This document shows positions 51,391 to 60,764 of a stretch of DNA of 64,000 nt, piece after piece (position 1 is the stretch's first letter; each line of letters begins with the position of its first letter). The notes below the pieces were generated by a model that was not told where the DNA came from, did no database searches, and saw nothing but the letters and a program-made list of their open reading frames with translations. The stretch spans positions 9,498-73,497 of the forward strand of contig JAZGFI010000288.1 of assembly GCA_036479435.1 (NCBI GenBank). Direction: 5' to 3'. The DNA is from Planctomycetota bacterium. GTDB taxonomy: Bacteria > Planctomycetota > GCA-002687715 > DRQF01. The position numbers and the translations under genes were made by a program.

Positions 51391-54300
51391 TTGTACCGAC
51401 GTCACTACTACTTGCTTGCGCTGGTTTTCTTGGGCGGTGTCTTGGCGCTCGATCTGTCGTTCTTGCTACACCCAGATCGCCTCGAGAGGCTCATTGACGC
51501 CGAACTCAGCAAGAATCTCAAGGTCGACTACCGCTACGACGAACTCGGATTTGACGGCAGGGCAATTATTGTTGAAAAGCTGGAGCTGTCCCGGCCCAAG
51601 AATCCCGACCAGCTCGCGCTTAGTTGTGAGCGCGTCGGCGTAACTCTCGACTTGGGGGCACTTTTTTCGGGTGAACTCAAAGTCAAGCGGATCGCCATCG
51701 AACAACCAGTTGTTTACCTGCGCTGGAATGACCAAGGCGATCTGGACCTTGCGAGCCTCGTGAAGTCGTCGGACACGAAGTCGCGCGCGCCGACAATTCC
51801 CGTCCTTGATATTACCGGCCTTCAGCTCAAGTTCATCAATGCTCCCTTCTTTGATGACGCGCGCGACATCAACATCGGTCACGTCGACCTGGAGCTGACG
51901 CCGCGTTTCTCGGATGCTTTTTCTTATTCATTCAGCGGCAAGGTCAAGGACGAGACTTTCGGCCGACTCGATATCGAAGGAACTTTTGGCGCGGCCCTGT
52001 TCCGCGGTGCCGTGCGCTGCCAGGGATTTAGAATCACGCCTGAGCTCATCGGCTTGTTTCGCAAAGACCTGAGACAAGCACTTGAACCCATTCGCATGTC
52101 AGGTGGTCTTGATCTCAAGCTGGACGTCGACTCCCAAGAACTCCTGCAAGGTGTGGACCTGCGGTTGACGGCAACTACCAAGGGACTGGGTCTCGGTTGG
52201 GGAAACAGCCCCGACCTTGTCGAAGGGCTCGAGGGCACCTTTGTCTTCGAGGGGCAACGCTTCGAGAGTAAACACCTCCAGTTCAAGTTGTGCGGTGCTC
52301 CAGTGCGAGTCACGGACTTTCGGGTCGACTTTCCCCATAAGATCGGGTCGCTGAATGTCGTCACCGGCAATGATGGGCTCGTTGTCGATGAGCCCACGTT
52401 TTTCGCGCGCGCCCTTGTCGAAGACCTTTGGCTTAGTGAAGAATTCGGAAAGTCCTTGTTGGAGCTGCCCGATCCCTTTCCTGAGATTGGCGAGACGATC
52501 ATCGCTCTTGGCTGCGAAGGCAAGATCGTTTTGGATTGCACTCTGAGCCGAGACCCCAAAAAGCAACGCGATCCCGCGCAGCGCAGAGTCGCCATTGATT
52601 GCGCCATCGATTTTCAAGAAACGACGATGGCTTGGCGGGGCTACGCTGATGACGACACGGGACTCCGCGAAGGGTATCCCTACCCCTTCACTCGGCTGAT
52701 CGGTCGGCTGCAACTCCATAACGATGGGATCTTCACGGTGGGTGAGGGACTCCGCTCGCAAGCAGAAGACCAGGATGTGGTGATCAAGGGTCGCGTGGAT
52801 TTTGGGCGCCAACCGCTCGCCTATGATGTTCGCGTCGAGGCGATCGAGCTGAATCTCGATGGTCGCATCAAAGCCGCCCTGAGCGACGACGAGAAAAAGA
52901 TCTACGACAGCTTCGACCCGGAGGGCCAAATCGATTTTGATCTTCATGTCCAGCGCTTGGCGAGCGCGCTAGACGAGGATGCGCAGGTCCGCATCGAATT
53001 CGGTTTGCACCTCGATTCAGCCAAGCCCGAGGTATTCCCGATCGACCTCGTCAATGTCGAGGGCCGGGTTGTCTTGGAGGAGGGGCGACCGATTAGTTTG
53101 CGCGGTATCACGGCAGAGGCCGCGACGGCGAAATTCAGTTTAGGCGGTGAATTGGATTTTTCGGACGACGGAGGGGATGGAGACTTCAAACTTGAGATCG
53201 GCGTCGAGGACTTGCAGGCGGATGCGACTTTTCTCAATGCCCTGCGACTACCCTACCCGGACGTCAGCAATGAACTCACCCGCTACCAGTTGAAGGGTCT
53301 TTTCGATGTGGAGGCGACGATCGACTCCAACCCGGCGGTTGCCAACATCTTTGACTTGACGCTGAAGGGTGTTGATTTCCGGATTCCCGATCTCGCAGAA
53401 GTGCCTTTTGAGAACTATCGCGGCAAGCTACGGGTCGTTGGCGAACGTCTTGATGTCGTCAGTGGTGGATTTAGCGCTTACGGTAACCAGATGGAGCCCT
53501 CGGGTTGGGTCACCTTTGGCGATGACGCCCGTTGGGATCTTCGGGTGAAAGGTAGCCGGCTGACCGTGGACGACCGTCTTATGCGTTTCGCGGCTTCCTT
53601 CTCCGAGGAAGTGGCAGAGTTTACGAATCAATTCGACGCCAGCGGCCACACCGGTCTCGATGTTCGCTTGAGGCGTTCGTCAGTGGGAGAGCTCATCACT
53701 ACTCGAGTGTTGCCGGTGGGCCTTAGTCTTCGTCACCGCAGCAAGCCCTTGGTGATTGGCAACATCCACGGGATTCTAGAGATACGTGGCGACGCCTTGC
53801 GGCTCGAAGAACTTACCTCCGATCTCATCGGGGGGCGTGGCCCGAATCCCGTGCCCGCCACTGTGAGCCTCGGCCAGGGAAGTTTTACGAGCATGGATGG
53901 GCTCCATCTCAAAGACATCCAAATTGTTGGTCTTCCGCTCGGCGCATCGACCGTCTCGTGGGCGCCCGCCGCAGTGGGGGAATTCCTGCGTGACCTTGCG
54001 ATGGAGGGTCATGTCGACGTCAGCGTCGAAGTCTTACGTTTTCACGAGGGCCGAGCTGTTTTCAAAGCCGACATCAAGCCCCGGCTTTTGCGAGCCGATG
54101 TCGGTTTTTCTTTGGAACTCAATTCCGGCGTGCTTGATCTCTCCAGCGCCGTCGTGACGGCGGACGGGCTCGAGTTCATGGAAGGACGATTCAAACGCTC
54201 CCACGGCAAAATACAGCGCTTCCTTTTCCAGAAACTCGCGGCCGATTTTTTGTTTGAGAATGGGGCCTTGAGTCTCTCGAAAATCGATACGAGGCTCATT

Positions 54301-55035
54301 GGTGGTCGAACCAATCCCAAGGAAACTCGATTCAAGGTGCAGTTGGGCGAGGTCAAGACTTTCGACTTGGGATTGAGGCTTGCCGACGGAGATCTTTCAA
54401 ACCTCGTCAAGATCTTCGGCGGCAAAGCGAACAGTCTCCAAGGACGGGCGAACTTGGTGATGGGAATGTCGGGACAGGTTGGAGAACTCGATAGTTATCG
54501 TGGAGAGGCGCGGGCGAAGATGCGTGGCGATCGACTCTACGATTTGCCCTTCTTCGCTCCGGTTTTTCAGCTCATCAACTTCGACTTTCTGACCACTCCG
54601 CAGCGAGGCTCGCAGCGAGGCGAAGTTGTGATGTCTTTGGGTAACCGAGAACTGACCGTTGAGTCGGCGTCTTTCCGTGGACCTGGTATCAACCTGGATG
54701 GCAGCGGCGCCATCGGTTTTGACGGTCTTTGCAAGCTGGCCTTTGAACCCAAGGCGATCAAGTTGCTGGATAGCATCCCCATCGTTGGCGACATCAGCGA
54801 CTTGGTCGGCGGGATCATCGTCGACAAAGTCTATGTTACTGGCCCGATCGAAAATCCCCGAGCGAGCATCGGCAACTACATCACGGATCTTTTGCCTTCG
54901 GCCCCAGACTCGGGGCGGCGGCCGGTCATTCGCCCCCCACGGGAAGACAAGAAGTCAAAGACGCCGCCGTCATCGAGACCGACGCCTAAGCTCGGGCCGA
55001 AATCCAAGTCTGCATCAAAGCCGAGGAGACCATGA
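51391..55035 (+). CDS. AsmA-like/TamB-like envelope beta-taco protein
   Basis: N-terminal TM anchor, a long repetitive beta-strand body and an AsmA-like C-terminus (INLDGSGAIGFDG...VYVTGPIENP). Confidence 0.75.
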   Translation: MYRRHYYLLALVFLGGVLALDLSFLLHPDRLERLIDAELSKNLKVDYRYDELGFDGRAIIVEKLELSRPKNPDQLALSCERVGVTLDLGALFSGELKVKRIAIEQPVVYLRWNDQGDLDLASLVKSSDTKSRAPTIPVLDITGLQLKFINAPFFDDARDINIGHVDLELTPRFSDAFSYSFSGKVKDETFGRLDIEGTFGAALFRGAVRCQGFRITPELIGLFRKDLRQALEPIRMSGGLDLKLDVDSQELLQGVDLRLTATTKGLGLGWGNSPDLVEGLEGTFVFEGQRFESKHLQFKLCGAPVRVTDFRVDFPHKIGSLNVVTGNDGLVVDEPTFFARALVEDLWLSEEFGKSLLELPDPFPEIGETIIALGCEGKIVLDCTLSRDPKKQRDPAQRRVAIDCAIDFQETTMAWRGYADDDTGLREGYPYPFTRLIGRLQLHNDGIFTVGEGLRSQAEDQDVVIKGRVDFGRQPLAYDVRVEAIELNLDGRIKAALSDDEKKIYDSFDPEGQIDFDLHVQRLASALDEDAQVRIEFGLHLDSAKPEVFPIDLVNVEGRVVLEEGRPISLRGITAEAATAKFSLGGELDFSDDGGDGDFKLEIGVEDLQADATFLNALRLPYPDVSNELTRYQLKGLFDVEATIDSNPAVANIFDLTLKGVDFRIPDLAEVPFENYRGKLRVVGERLDVVSGGFSAYGNQMEPSGWVTFGDDARWDLRVKGSRLTVDDRLMRFAASFSEEVAEFTNQFDASGHTGLDVRLRRSSVGELITTRVLPVGLSLRHRSKPLVIGNIHGILEIRGDALRLEELTSDLIGGRGPNPVPATVSLGQGSFTSMDGLHLKDIQIVGLPLGASTVSWAPAAVGEFLRDLAMEGHVDVSVEVLRFHEGRAVFKADIKPRLLRADVGFSLELNSGVLDLSSAVVTADGLEFMEGRFKRSHGKIQRFLFQKLAADFLFENGALSLSKIDTRLIGGRTNPKETRFKVQLGEVKTFDLGLRLADGDLSNLVKIFGGKANSLQGRANLVMGMSGQVGELDSYRGEARAKMRGDRLYDLPFFAPVFQLINFDFLTTPQRGSQRGEVVMSLGNRELTVESASFRGPGINLDGSGAIGFDGLCKLAFEPKAIKLLDSIPIVGDISDLVGGIIVDKVYVTGPIENPRASIGNYITDLLPSAPDSGRRPVIRPPREDKKSKTPPSSRPTPKLGPKSKSASKPRRP

Positions 55036-56099
55036 AGAATACTTACGTCGTGATCATGGCGGGAGGTTCCGGGACGCGATTTTGGCCCCGCGGACGCCGT
55101 AGTCTTCCGAAGCAGCTGTTGGCCATGGGGCCTGGTGGCACCTTGATTCAAGAGACTTGGGCTCGCATCCCAGCGTCGATTGGAGTCGAAAGGACCTTAG
55201 TTCTGACCGGCGCGAGCCAAGTTGAGGCTCTGTGCGAACAGTTGCCTGAGCTGTCGTGCGAGAACGTCATCGCCGAACCTGCGGGGCGTGATACGGCGCC
55301 TTGTATCGCCTTGGCGGCGGCGGTGGTACACCGGCGGTGCGCGGATGCGGTGATGATCGTGCTCGCCGCCGATCACGTCATTCAGCCGCCCGAGGCCTTT
55401 CAGCATTGCCTCGAACGCGCGGTGCAAGCGGCGCGATCAACCGAGGGCTTGATCACCTTGGGCATCCCGCCGAGCTACGCGGCCACGGGCTATGGCTATC
55501 TAGAGTTGGGAGCTGAGATTGAACCGGGGCTTCGCGAAGTTGCGAACTTCGTGGAGAAGCCGGTTGAGGCGGTGGCTCAGGATTACTTGGCAGCTGGCAA
55601 CTACCTTTGGAATAGCGGCATTTTCATTTGGAAGGCTGCGACGGTACTCGAAGAGCTTAAGGTCTTCGTCCCCCAACTCGCCGAGGGCGTCGAGCGGATC
55701 GCCGCGGCTGATGGCGATGAGTTCGATGCGATCTTGGCTAGTGACTATCCGAAGTTGGAAAAGATCAGCATCGATTACGCGGTCATGGAGCGGTCGAAAC
55801 GTCGGTATTGCGTTCCCGCGACTTTTGAGTGGGACGACGTGGGATCATTCTCTGCGCTCGCACGGTTGAATCCCGCCGACGCTCGTGGAAACGTCGCACT
55901 CGGTGACGTGCTGGTCCTCGATACGAAGGGCTGCATCATCGACAATCGCAGCGACGGCCTCGTGGCGACGCTCGGTGTCTCCGACCTGATTGTCGTACGC
56001 ACTCAAGATGCGGTGCTCGTCGCCCGCAAAGACCAAGCTGAGCGCGTCAAGGAGATTGTCCAAGAATTGGAGCGAAAAGGTGAAACTCGATACCTTTGA
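55032..56099 (+). CDS. manC: mannose-1-phosphate guanylyltransferase
   Basis: IMAGGSGTRFWP, PKQLL, EPAGRDTAP, FVEKP, WNSGIF, SIDYAVME and WDDVGS. Confidence 0.94.
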   Translation: MKNTYVVIMAGGSGTRFWPRGRRSLPKQLLAMGPGGTLIQETWARIPASIGVERTLVLTGASQVEALCEQLPELSCENVIAEPAGRDTAPCIALAAAVVHRRCADAVMIVLAADHVIQPPEAFQHCLERAVQAARSTEGLITLGIPPSYAATGYGYLELGAEIEPGLREVANFVEKPVEAVAQDYLAAGNYLWNSGIFIWKAATVLEELKVFVPQLAEGVERIAAADGDEFDAILASDYPKLEKISIDYAVMERSKRRYCVPATFEWDDVGSFSALARLNPADARGNVALGDVLVLDTKGCIIDNRSDGLVATLGVSDLIVVRTQDAVLVARKDQAERVKEIVQELERKGETRYL

Positions 56100-56162
56100 T
56101 AGGCCGAAGGCGAGTCGTCGTCAGGCAGATCGATCGAGATTTTTTTCAGGGGACGAAGGGTC

Positions 56163-56594
56163 TTGAAGAGCGAGTCGTTTGCGGGGCGCCTGATGGGCCT
56201 CGACTACGGTGAGAAACGGATCGGCATCGCCATGAGCGACCCGATGCGAATCCTCGCCACCCCCTCCCAAGTCTTGACGCGGACCGAGATCAGTCGTGAC
56301 CTCGCGGCCCTCAAGGCCCTCGCCGAATCCGAAGGCGTAACCGCCATCGTGTTGGGCTTGCCGACGAATACGGATGGCAGCGAAGGTGAAATGGTGGTCA
56401 AGGTGCGCGCTTTCGCAGCGCAGCTAGAAGAGGCGCTCAAGCTGCCACTACATTTCATGGATGAGACCTACAGCTCGCTGGAGGCCGACGCCATGCTTCG
56501 GACTCGTGAACGCGATTGGAGAAAACGCAAAGCCAAGCGCGACATGTTCGCGGCCCAGGTCATTCTTCGCGCCTGGATGGATCACTACCTCTAG
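56163..56594 (+). CDS. ruvX: Holliday junction resolvase-like / pre-16S rRNA nuclease
   Basis: MGLDYGEKRIGIAMSD, IVLGLP, DETYSS and DMFAAQVIL. Confidence 0.92.
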   Translation: MKSESFAGRLMGLDYGEKRIGIAMSDPMRILATPSQVLTRTEISRDLAALKALAESEGVTAIVLGLPTNTDGSEGEMVVKVRAFAAQLEEALKLPLHFMDETYSSLEADAMLRTRERDWRKRKAKRDMFAAQVILRAWMDHYL

Positions 56595-56914
56595 ACGGCA
56601 GGCCCTTGCTATACTCTGGCGCATTGAAGCAGCGACAGCTTGGCTTTTGGCCTAAAGAGGCGCCATAAGTCATTGCTCATAATGAGTTTATGTTGTTTTG
56701 CGGACGCGCTCCTTGATTCGTGTTTGTCACGTGAATGAGGGTTCCACCCTGGGCTGGGATTGGCCATTTTCGGATTTGCTCCTTCTCCGGGAGCGACCGA
56801 GTGGTTTTTCGCGGCGCGGGGTGCAGGAAGAAGGGCTCGTAACCGGGTGTTCAAAAGACACCCGCTCGAGCACATCGGCAATCAGCCATAGCCAATTATT
56901 AGAGAGAAGAACCG

Positions 56915-57205
56915 ATGTCAGAACTGACGGAGACCATCCCCGACAAGGCCGATATTATTGGTCGTTTTCGGACCCATACCGGTGATACCGGATCACCCGA
57001 AGTGCAAGTTGCGTTGCTTTCTGCGCGCATCAAACACCTCACCGAGCACCTCAAGTCGCACAAAAAGGACAACACGTCCCGCCGCGGCCTGTTGATGATG
57101 GTCGGTAAGCGCTCGAGGCTCCTCCGGTACCTGTGGCGCCAAGATCCCAGCCGTCACGACAAGGTGGTGCAAGAGCTCGGAATTCGCTCAACTCACGGGC
57201 GCTAG
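56915..57205 (+). CDS. rpsO: 30S ribosomal protein S15
   Basis: [48 protein letters not shown]. Confidence 0.97.
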   Translation: MSELTETIPDKADIIGRFRTHTGDTGSPEVQVALLSARIKHLTEHLKSHKKDNTSRRGLLMMVGKRSRLLRYLWRQDPSRHDKVVQELGIRSTHGR

Positions 57206-57303
57206 AATTGAGCGGCATTGCCCCTGGACACGGGTCCGGGGCCGATGCCCCGCCTTCGGCCTTCAAGGGAATGTCGGAGTTTTGAAGGAATGAAGGAAAG
57301 AGA

Positions 57304-59646
57304 ATGAAATTTAATCAAATCAAGGTTCAAACGAACCTGGAAGGGAAGACGCTAAGCCTCGAAACTGGCTACTTGGCAAAACAGTCTTCCGCTTCCGTCA
57401 TCGCCACGCTTGGCGACACCGTCGTCTTTTCGTCGGTCTGCTCCGCTGACCCCCGTCCGGGGCTCGATTTTTTCCCCCTTAGTGTCGATTATCGCGAGAA
57501 ACTTCAGGCTGCGGGTAAGTTCCCCGGCGGCTTCATGAAGCGCGAAGGACGACCGACAACCAAAGAAATCCTGACCTGCCGTCTCATCGATCGCCCCGCG
57601 CGCCCGATGTTTCCGGAGGCCTACAAAGACGAAGTGCAGATTTGCACCTTCGTAGTGCAGATCGATCGTGAGAACGATCCCGACATGGTGGCGATGAACG
57701 CTTCCTTTGCCGCCCTGCACGTTGGCGACTTGCCGTTCTTCGGCCCCTTGGGCGCCGTGCGCGTCGCGCGCGTTGAAGGTAAGTTCGTCCTGTTTCCCAG
57801 CACTGAGGAAGTCAAAGAAGCTGACATGGAGTTGATCGTCGCGGGTAACCACGACGCGATCACCATGGTAGAAGCGTCTTGCAACGAAGTCTCGGAAGAG
57901 GACTTCTTGGACGCCCTCGATTACGCCCACGCTGGCGTCAAGACCATCTGCAAACTCATGGATGAGTTTCAAAAGAAGGTCGGCAACAAGAAAACCCCCT
58001 ACGTCGAACCCGAGAATTCGCATCACGAGATCTACGACTCCGTTATGGACGAGTATCGCGATCGCTTCGAGGACCGGATTTTCACCGAGGGCAAGCACGA
58101 GAGGACGGCGGCGCTTCGCGATCTTCGCAACCAGGCGATGGACCAATTCGTCAGTGACGATGACGGTGATGCCGAAGACCGCAAGAAGGCCGTCAAGGCG
58201 GCCTGGAAGGAACTCGAAAAACAGATCACCCGCGATTTGCTTTTCGACGGCAAGCGGGTGGATGGTCGCGGTCCCAAAGATATTCGCGACATTCATATCA
58301 CGGCCGGTTTTCAGCCCCGCCTCCACGGTTCGGCCGTGTTCACGCGCGGCGAGACTCAAGCTCTGGTGGTCGCCACGCTCGGTACGATGCGCGATCAACA
58401 GATCGTCGACGGCCTCGCTGACGAATACTCCAAGAAGTTCGACTTCCAATACAACTTCCCGCCCTACTGCGTTGGCGAGTGCAAACCGATCCGCGGTGTC
58501 TCACGCCGCGAAATCGGACACGGAAACCTCGCGGAGCGCTCTTTGCTTCCGGTACTTCCGGATCCGAAGGACTTCCCCTACACGATTCGTTTGATCTCCG
58601 ACATCCTTGAGAGCAACGGATCGTCGTCGATGGCGAGTGTCTGTGGCGGAACCTTGGCGATGATGGACGCGGGTGTGCCTATCAGCCAACCCGTCGCCGG
58701 TATCGCCATGGGGCTCTGCAAAGATGGCGATGACGTCGTCATCCTCTCCGACATCCTCGGCTCCGAAGACCACTTCGGCGACATGGACTTCAAGGTGGCT
58801 GGAACGGGTCGCGGCATCAGCGCGGTTCAGATGGACATCAAAGTGAAGGGGCTATCCAAGCAGATCATGAGCCAAGCTCTTGATCAGGCGCGTGACGGTA
58901 GGCTTCGCATCTTGAAGAAGATGATTGCCTCGGTGTCACGTCCCGCCGAGACCATTTCCGCCTACGCGCCTCGCCTGATGGTGATGTCGATTCCGCCCGA
59001 AAAGATCGGATTGATCATCGGGCCCGGCGGCAAGAACATCAAGCGCATCCAAGAGGAGAGTGGAGCCAACCTCGAAATCGAGGACGATGGAACCGTGCAC
59101 ATCTCCTGTCGCGATGCGGACGGCGCTGCCTACGCTCGCGGTCAAGTTGAGATGCTGATCGCAGAAGTCGAAGTCGGCAAGGTCTACCACGGCAAAGTTG
59201 TTTCGATCAAAGACTTCGGTGCCTTCATTGAGATCCTTCCGGGTCAAGAAGGTTTGTGCCACGTCTCCGAGTTGTCGGACGAGTTCGTTTCCAACGTGAT
59301 GGATGTCGTCAAGATGGGTGATCTCATCGACGTCAAGGTCATCGCGCGCGACGAGCAGGATCGCATCAAACTCAGCCGCAAGGCGGTCTTGATGGGTGAG
59401 AACTACGAGCAAGGCGGCGGCGGCGAGAGCCGTGGCGGCCGAGGCCGCGATGAACGTGGTGGCCGTGATGGCGGTGATCGTGGCGGCCGTGGCCGTGGTC
59501 GCGATGACCGTGGTGGCCGCGACGGTGGTGACCGAGGTCGAGATCGTGGCGGCCGCGATGGCGGTGATCGTGGTCGCGATGGCGGTGGTCGCGATGGCGG
59601 TGATCGTGGTCGAGATCGCGGTGGCCGAGATCGCCAGAACGCTTAA
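57304..59646 (+). CDS. pnp: polyribonucleotide nucleotidyltransferase with a G/R/D-rich C-terminal tail
   Basis: FFPLSVDY, PGGFMKREG, FTRGETQ, RREIGHG, ESNGSSSMASVC, DMDFKVAG, plus KH and S1 domains. Confidence 0.97.
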   Translation: MKFNQIKVQTNLEGKTLSLETGYLAKQSSASVIATLGDTVVFSSVCSADPRPGLDFFPLSVDYREKLQAAGKFPGGFMKREGRPTTKEILTCRLIDRPARPMFPEAYKDEVQICTFVVQIDRENDPDMVAMNASFAALHVGDLPFFGPLGAVRVARVEGKFVLFPSTEEVKEADMELIVAGNHDAITMVEASCNEVSEEDFLDALDYAHAGVKTICKLMDEFQKKVGNKKTPYVEPENSHHEIYDSVMDEYRDRFEDRIFTEGKHERTAALRDLRNQAMDQFVSDDDGDAEDRKKAVKAAWKELEKQITRDLLFDGKRVDGRGPKDIRDIHITAGFQPRLHGSAVFTRGETQALVVATLGTMRDQQIVDGLADEYSKKFDFQYNFPPYCVGECKPIRGVSRREIGHGNLAERSLLPVLPDPKDFPYTIRLISDILESNGSSSMASVCGGTLAMMDAGVPISQPVAGIAMGLCKDGDDVVILSDILGSEDHFGDMDFKVAGTGRGISAVQMDIKVKGLSKQIMSQALDQARDGRLRILKKMIASVSRPAETISAYAPRLMVMSIPPEKIGLIIGPGGKNIKRIQEESGANLEIEDDGTVHISCRDADGAAYARGQVEMLIAEVEVGKVYHGKVVSIKDFGAFIEILPGQEGLCHVSELSDEFVSNVMDVVKMGDLIDVKVIARDEQDRIKLSRKAVLMGENYEQGGGGESRGGRGRDERGGRDGGDRGGRGRGRDDRGGRDGGDRGRDRGGRDGGDRGRDGGGRDGGDRGRDRGGRDRQNA
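59413..59634 (+). repeat. low-complexity coding tandem repeat (GGRDGGDRG units) in pnp
   Basis: Imperfect repeats of ggtggccgcgatggcggtgatcgt encoding GGRDGGDR. Confidence 0.85.
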
Positions 59647-59668
59647 TTTGCGTTGATCAGTTGAAGGG

Positions 59669-59697
59669 GCAGGCGCTTAGGGCGCCTGCTTTTTTTT
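59669..59697 (+). terminator. intrinsic terminator of rpsO-pnp
   Basis: gcaggcgc-ttagg-gcgcctgc followed by 8 T. Confidence 0.88.
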
Positions 59698-59749
59698 GGA
59701 CCTTCGACCATAGAGATTTGGCGCTTGGGTTTGGCCTTGCAAAGGGAGT

Positions 59750-59781
59750 TGACTTTGGTCTGACTCAAATGTTCAGGGTTT
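59750..59781 (+). repeat. dispersed intergenic repeat, copy 3
   Basis: tgactttggtctgactcaaatgttcagggttt. Confidence 0.85.
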
Positions 59782-59811
59782 CGGGTATGGGTGGGCCCCT
59801 ATCCCCTATGG

Positions 59812-60600
59812 CTAGGAGTCGGCGCCCCGGAGGGGCCAGGCGAAGCCCTTGATGCTGGATTTGCGGTAGAAGCGACGGATGGTTTCGATTTCGGGAATGT
59901 CGGGCGCTTCTTCGAGGGCTTTCATGGCGGCGTGGAAGTCTCCGTGGGCGCGAAAAATCTTGCGGTAGACCTCTTTCACGGCGCAGCGTGCCTCAAGATC
60001 AAATCCCGCCCGGCGCAATCCCACGACATTCAAACCACGGATTTGGCTGCGGCCCGTGACGATGGTGTAGGGCGGCACATCCTGACTCGTTCCGCTGATG
60101 CCGCTCACCATACAAATCTCGCCGAGGCGGCAGAACTGGTGTATGACTGAGTTGCCGGAGATGAAGACGCCGTCGCCGATTTCGACGTGGCCCGCCGCCA
60201 AGGCGTTGTTGCACATGATGACGTGATTGCCGACTCGGCAGTCATGGGCCAAGTGGCTCTGGGCCATGAAGTAATTGTCGTTGCCGATCGTCGTCGATTC
60301 ACCCTCTCGGGTGGCGCGGTGGACGGTCACGTTCTCGCGGAACACACAGCGGTCACCAATCTGTAGCCCGCTCGGAATCTCGGGATCAAAATTGAGGTCT
60401 TGGGGCAAATGGCCCAACACCGCTCCCATGTGAACCTCGCAGTCACGGCCTAACTTCGTGTTGCCGCTCAGATGCGCGCGCGCCAAAATCACCGTTCCCG
60501 AACCGACCTCAACTCCGGATTCCACGATCGCAAAAGGCCCAACTTCGACGTTGGCCGCGAGTTGGGCTTGGGGGTGAATGATCGCGCTGGGGTGGATCAA
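59812..60600 (-). CDS. lpxA: acyl-ACP--UDP-N-acetylglucosamine O-acyltransferase
   Basis: IHPSAIIHP hexapeptide repeats, GHLPQDL, RENVTVHRAT, SHLAHDC, HQFCRLG and GLNVVGLRRAG. TTG start at 60600 with GGAG upstream. Confidence 0.92.
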   Translation of the reverse strand: MIHPSAIIHPQAQLAANVEVGPFAIVESGVEVGSGTVILARAHLSGNTKLGRDCEVHMGAVLGHLPQDLNFDPEIPSGLQIGDRCVFRENVTVHRATREGESTTIGNDNYFMAQSHLAHDCRVGNHVIMCNNALAAGHVEIGDGVFISGNSVIHQFCRLGEICMVSGISGTSQDVPPYTIVTGRSQIRGLNVVGLRRAGFDLEARCAVKEVYRKIFRAHGDFHAAMKALEEAPDIPEIETIRRFYRKSSIKGFAWPLRGADS

Positions 60601-60661
60601 GGTAGGAGGGCTCCGTTGGCATTGATGAGGGGCCCAAGCAGGGTTGGGGCTGGCACTGTAC

Positions 60662-60693
60662 AAAAAAAACCCACTGGTCTGAGACCAGTGGGT
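60662..60693 (-). terminator. intrinsic terminator on the minus strand, about 60 nt upstream of the lpxA start
   Basis: Minus strand acccactggtc-tca-gaccagtgggt followed by a U-tract. Confidence 0.85.
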
Positions 60694-60764
60694 AACCCCC
60701 GTTAAGGGGCAAAAGAACATGACCAAGGGAAAGATTTCAGGCGTAGAGAGGAAGGAAGGAAGTT
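60662..60764 (-). ncRNA. candidate ~100-nt small RNA (or lpxA attenuated leader)
   Basis: Promoter-like TTTACA-17-CATACA (60799-60771) with an A-rich UP-like tract, then CUUCCUUCCUUCCUCUCU, a small hairpin and an intrinsic terminator. The 5' end is estimated. Confidence 0.5.

Noticed and set aside
57352..58449. Long antisense ORFs, also 22386-23243, 44836-45663, 52099-52947 and 20910-21677
   Set aside because: Typical shadow ORFs of GC-rich genes with biased codons; no motifs recognised.
60601..60726. N-terminal extension of lpxA in the ORF track
   Set aside because: It runs through a terminator hairpin; homology and the RBS support the TTG start at 60600.
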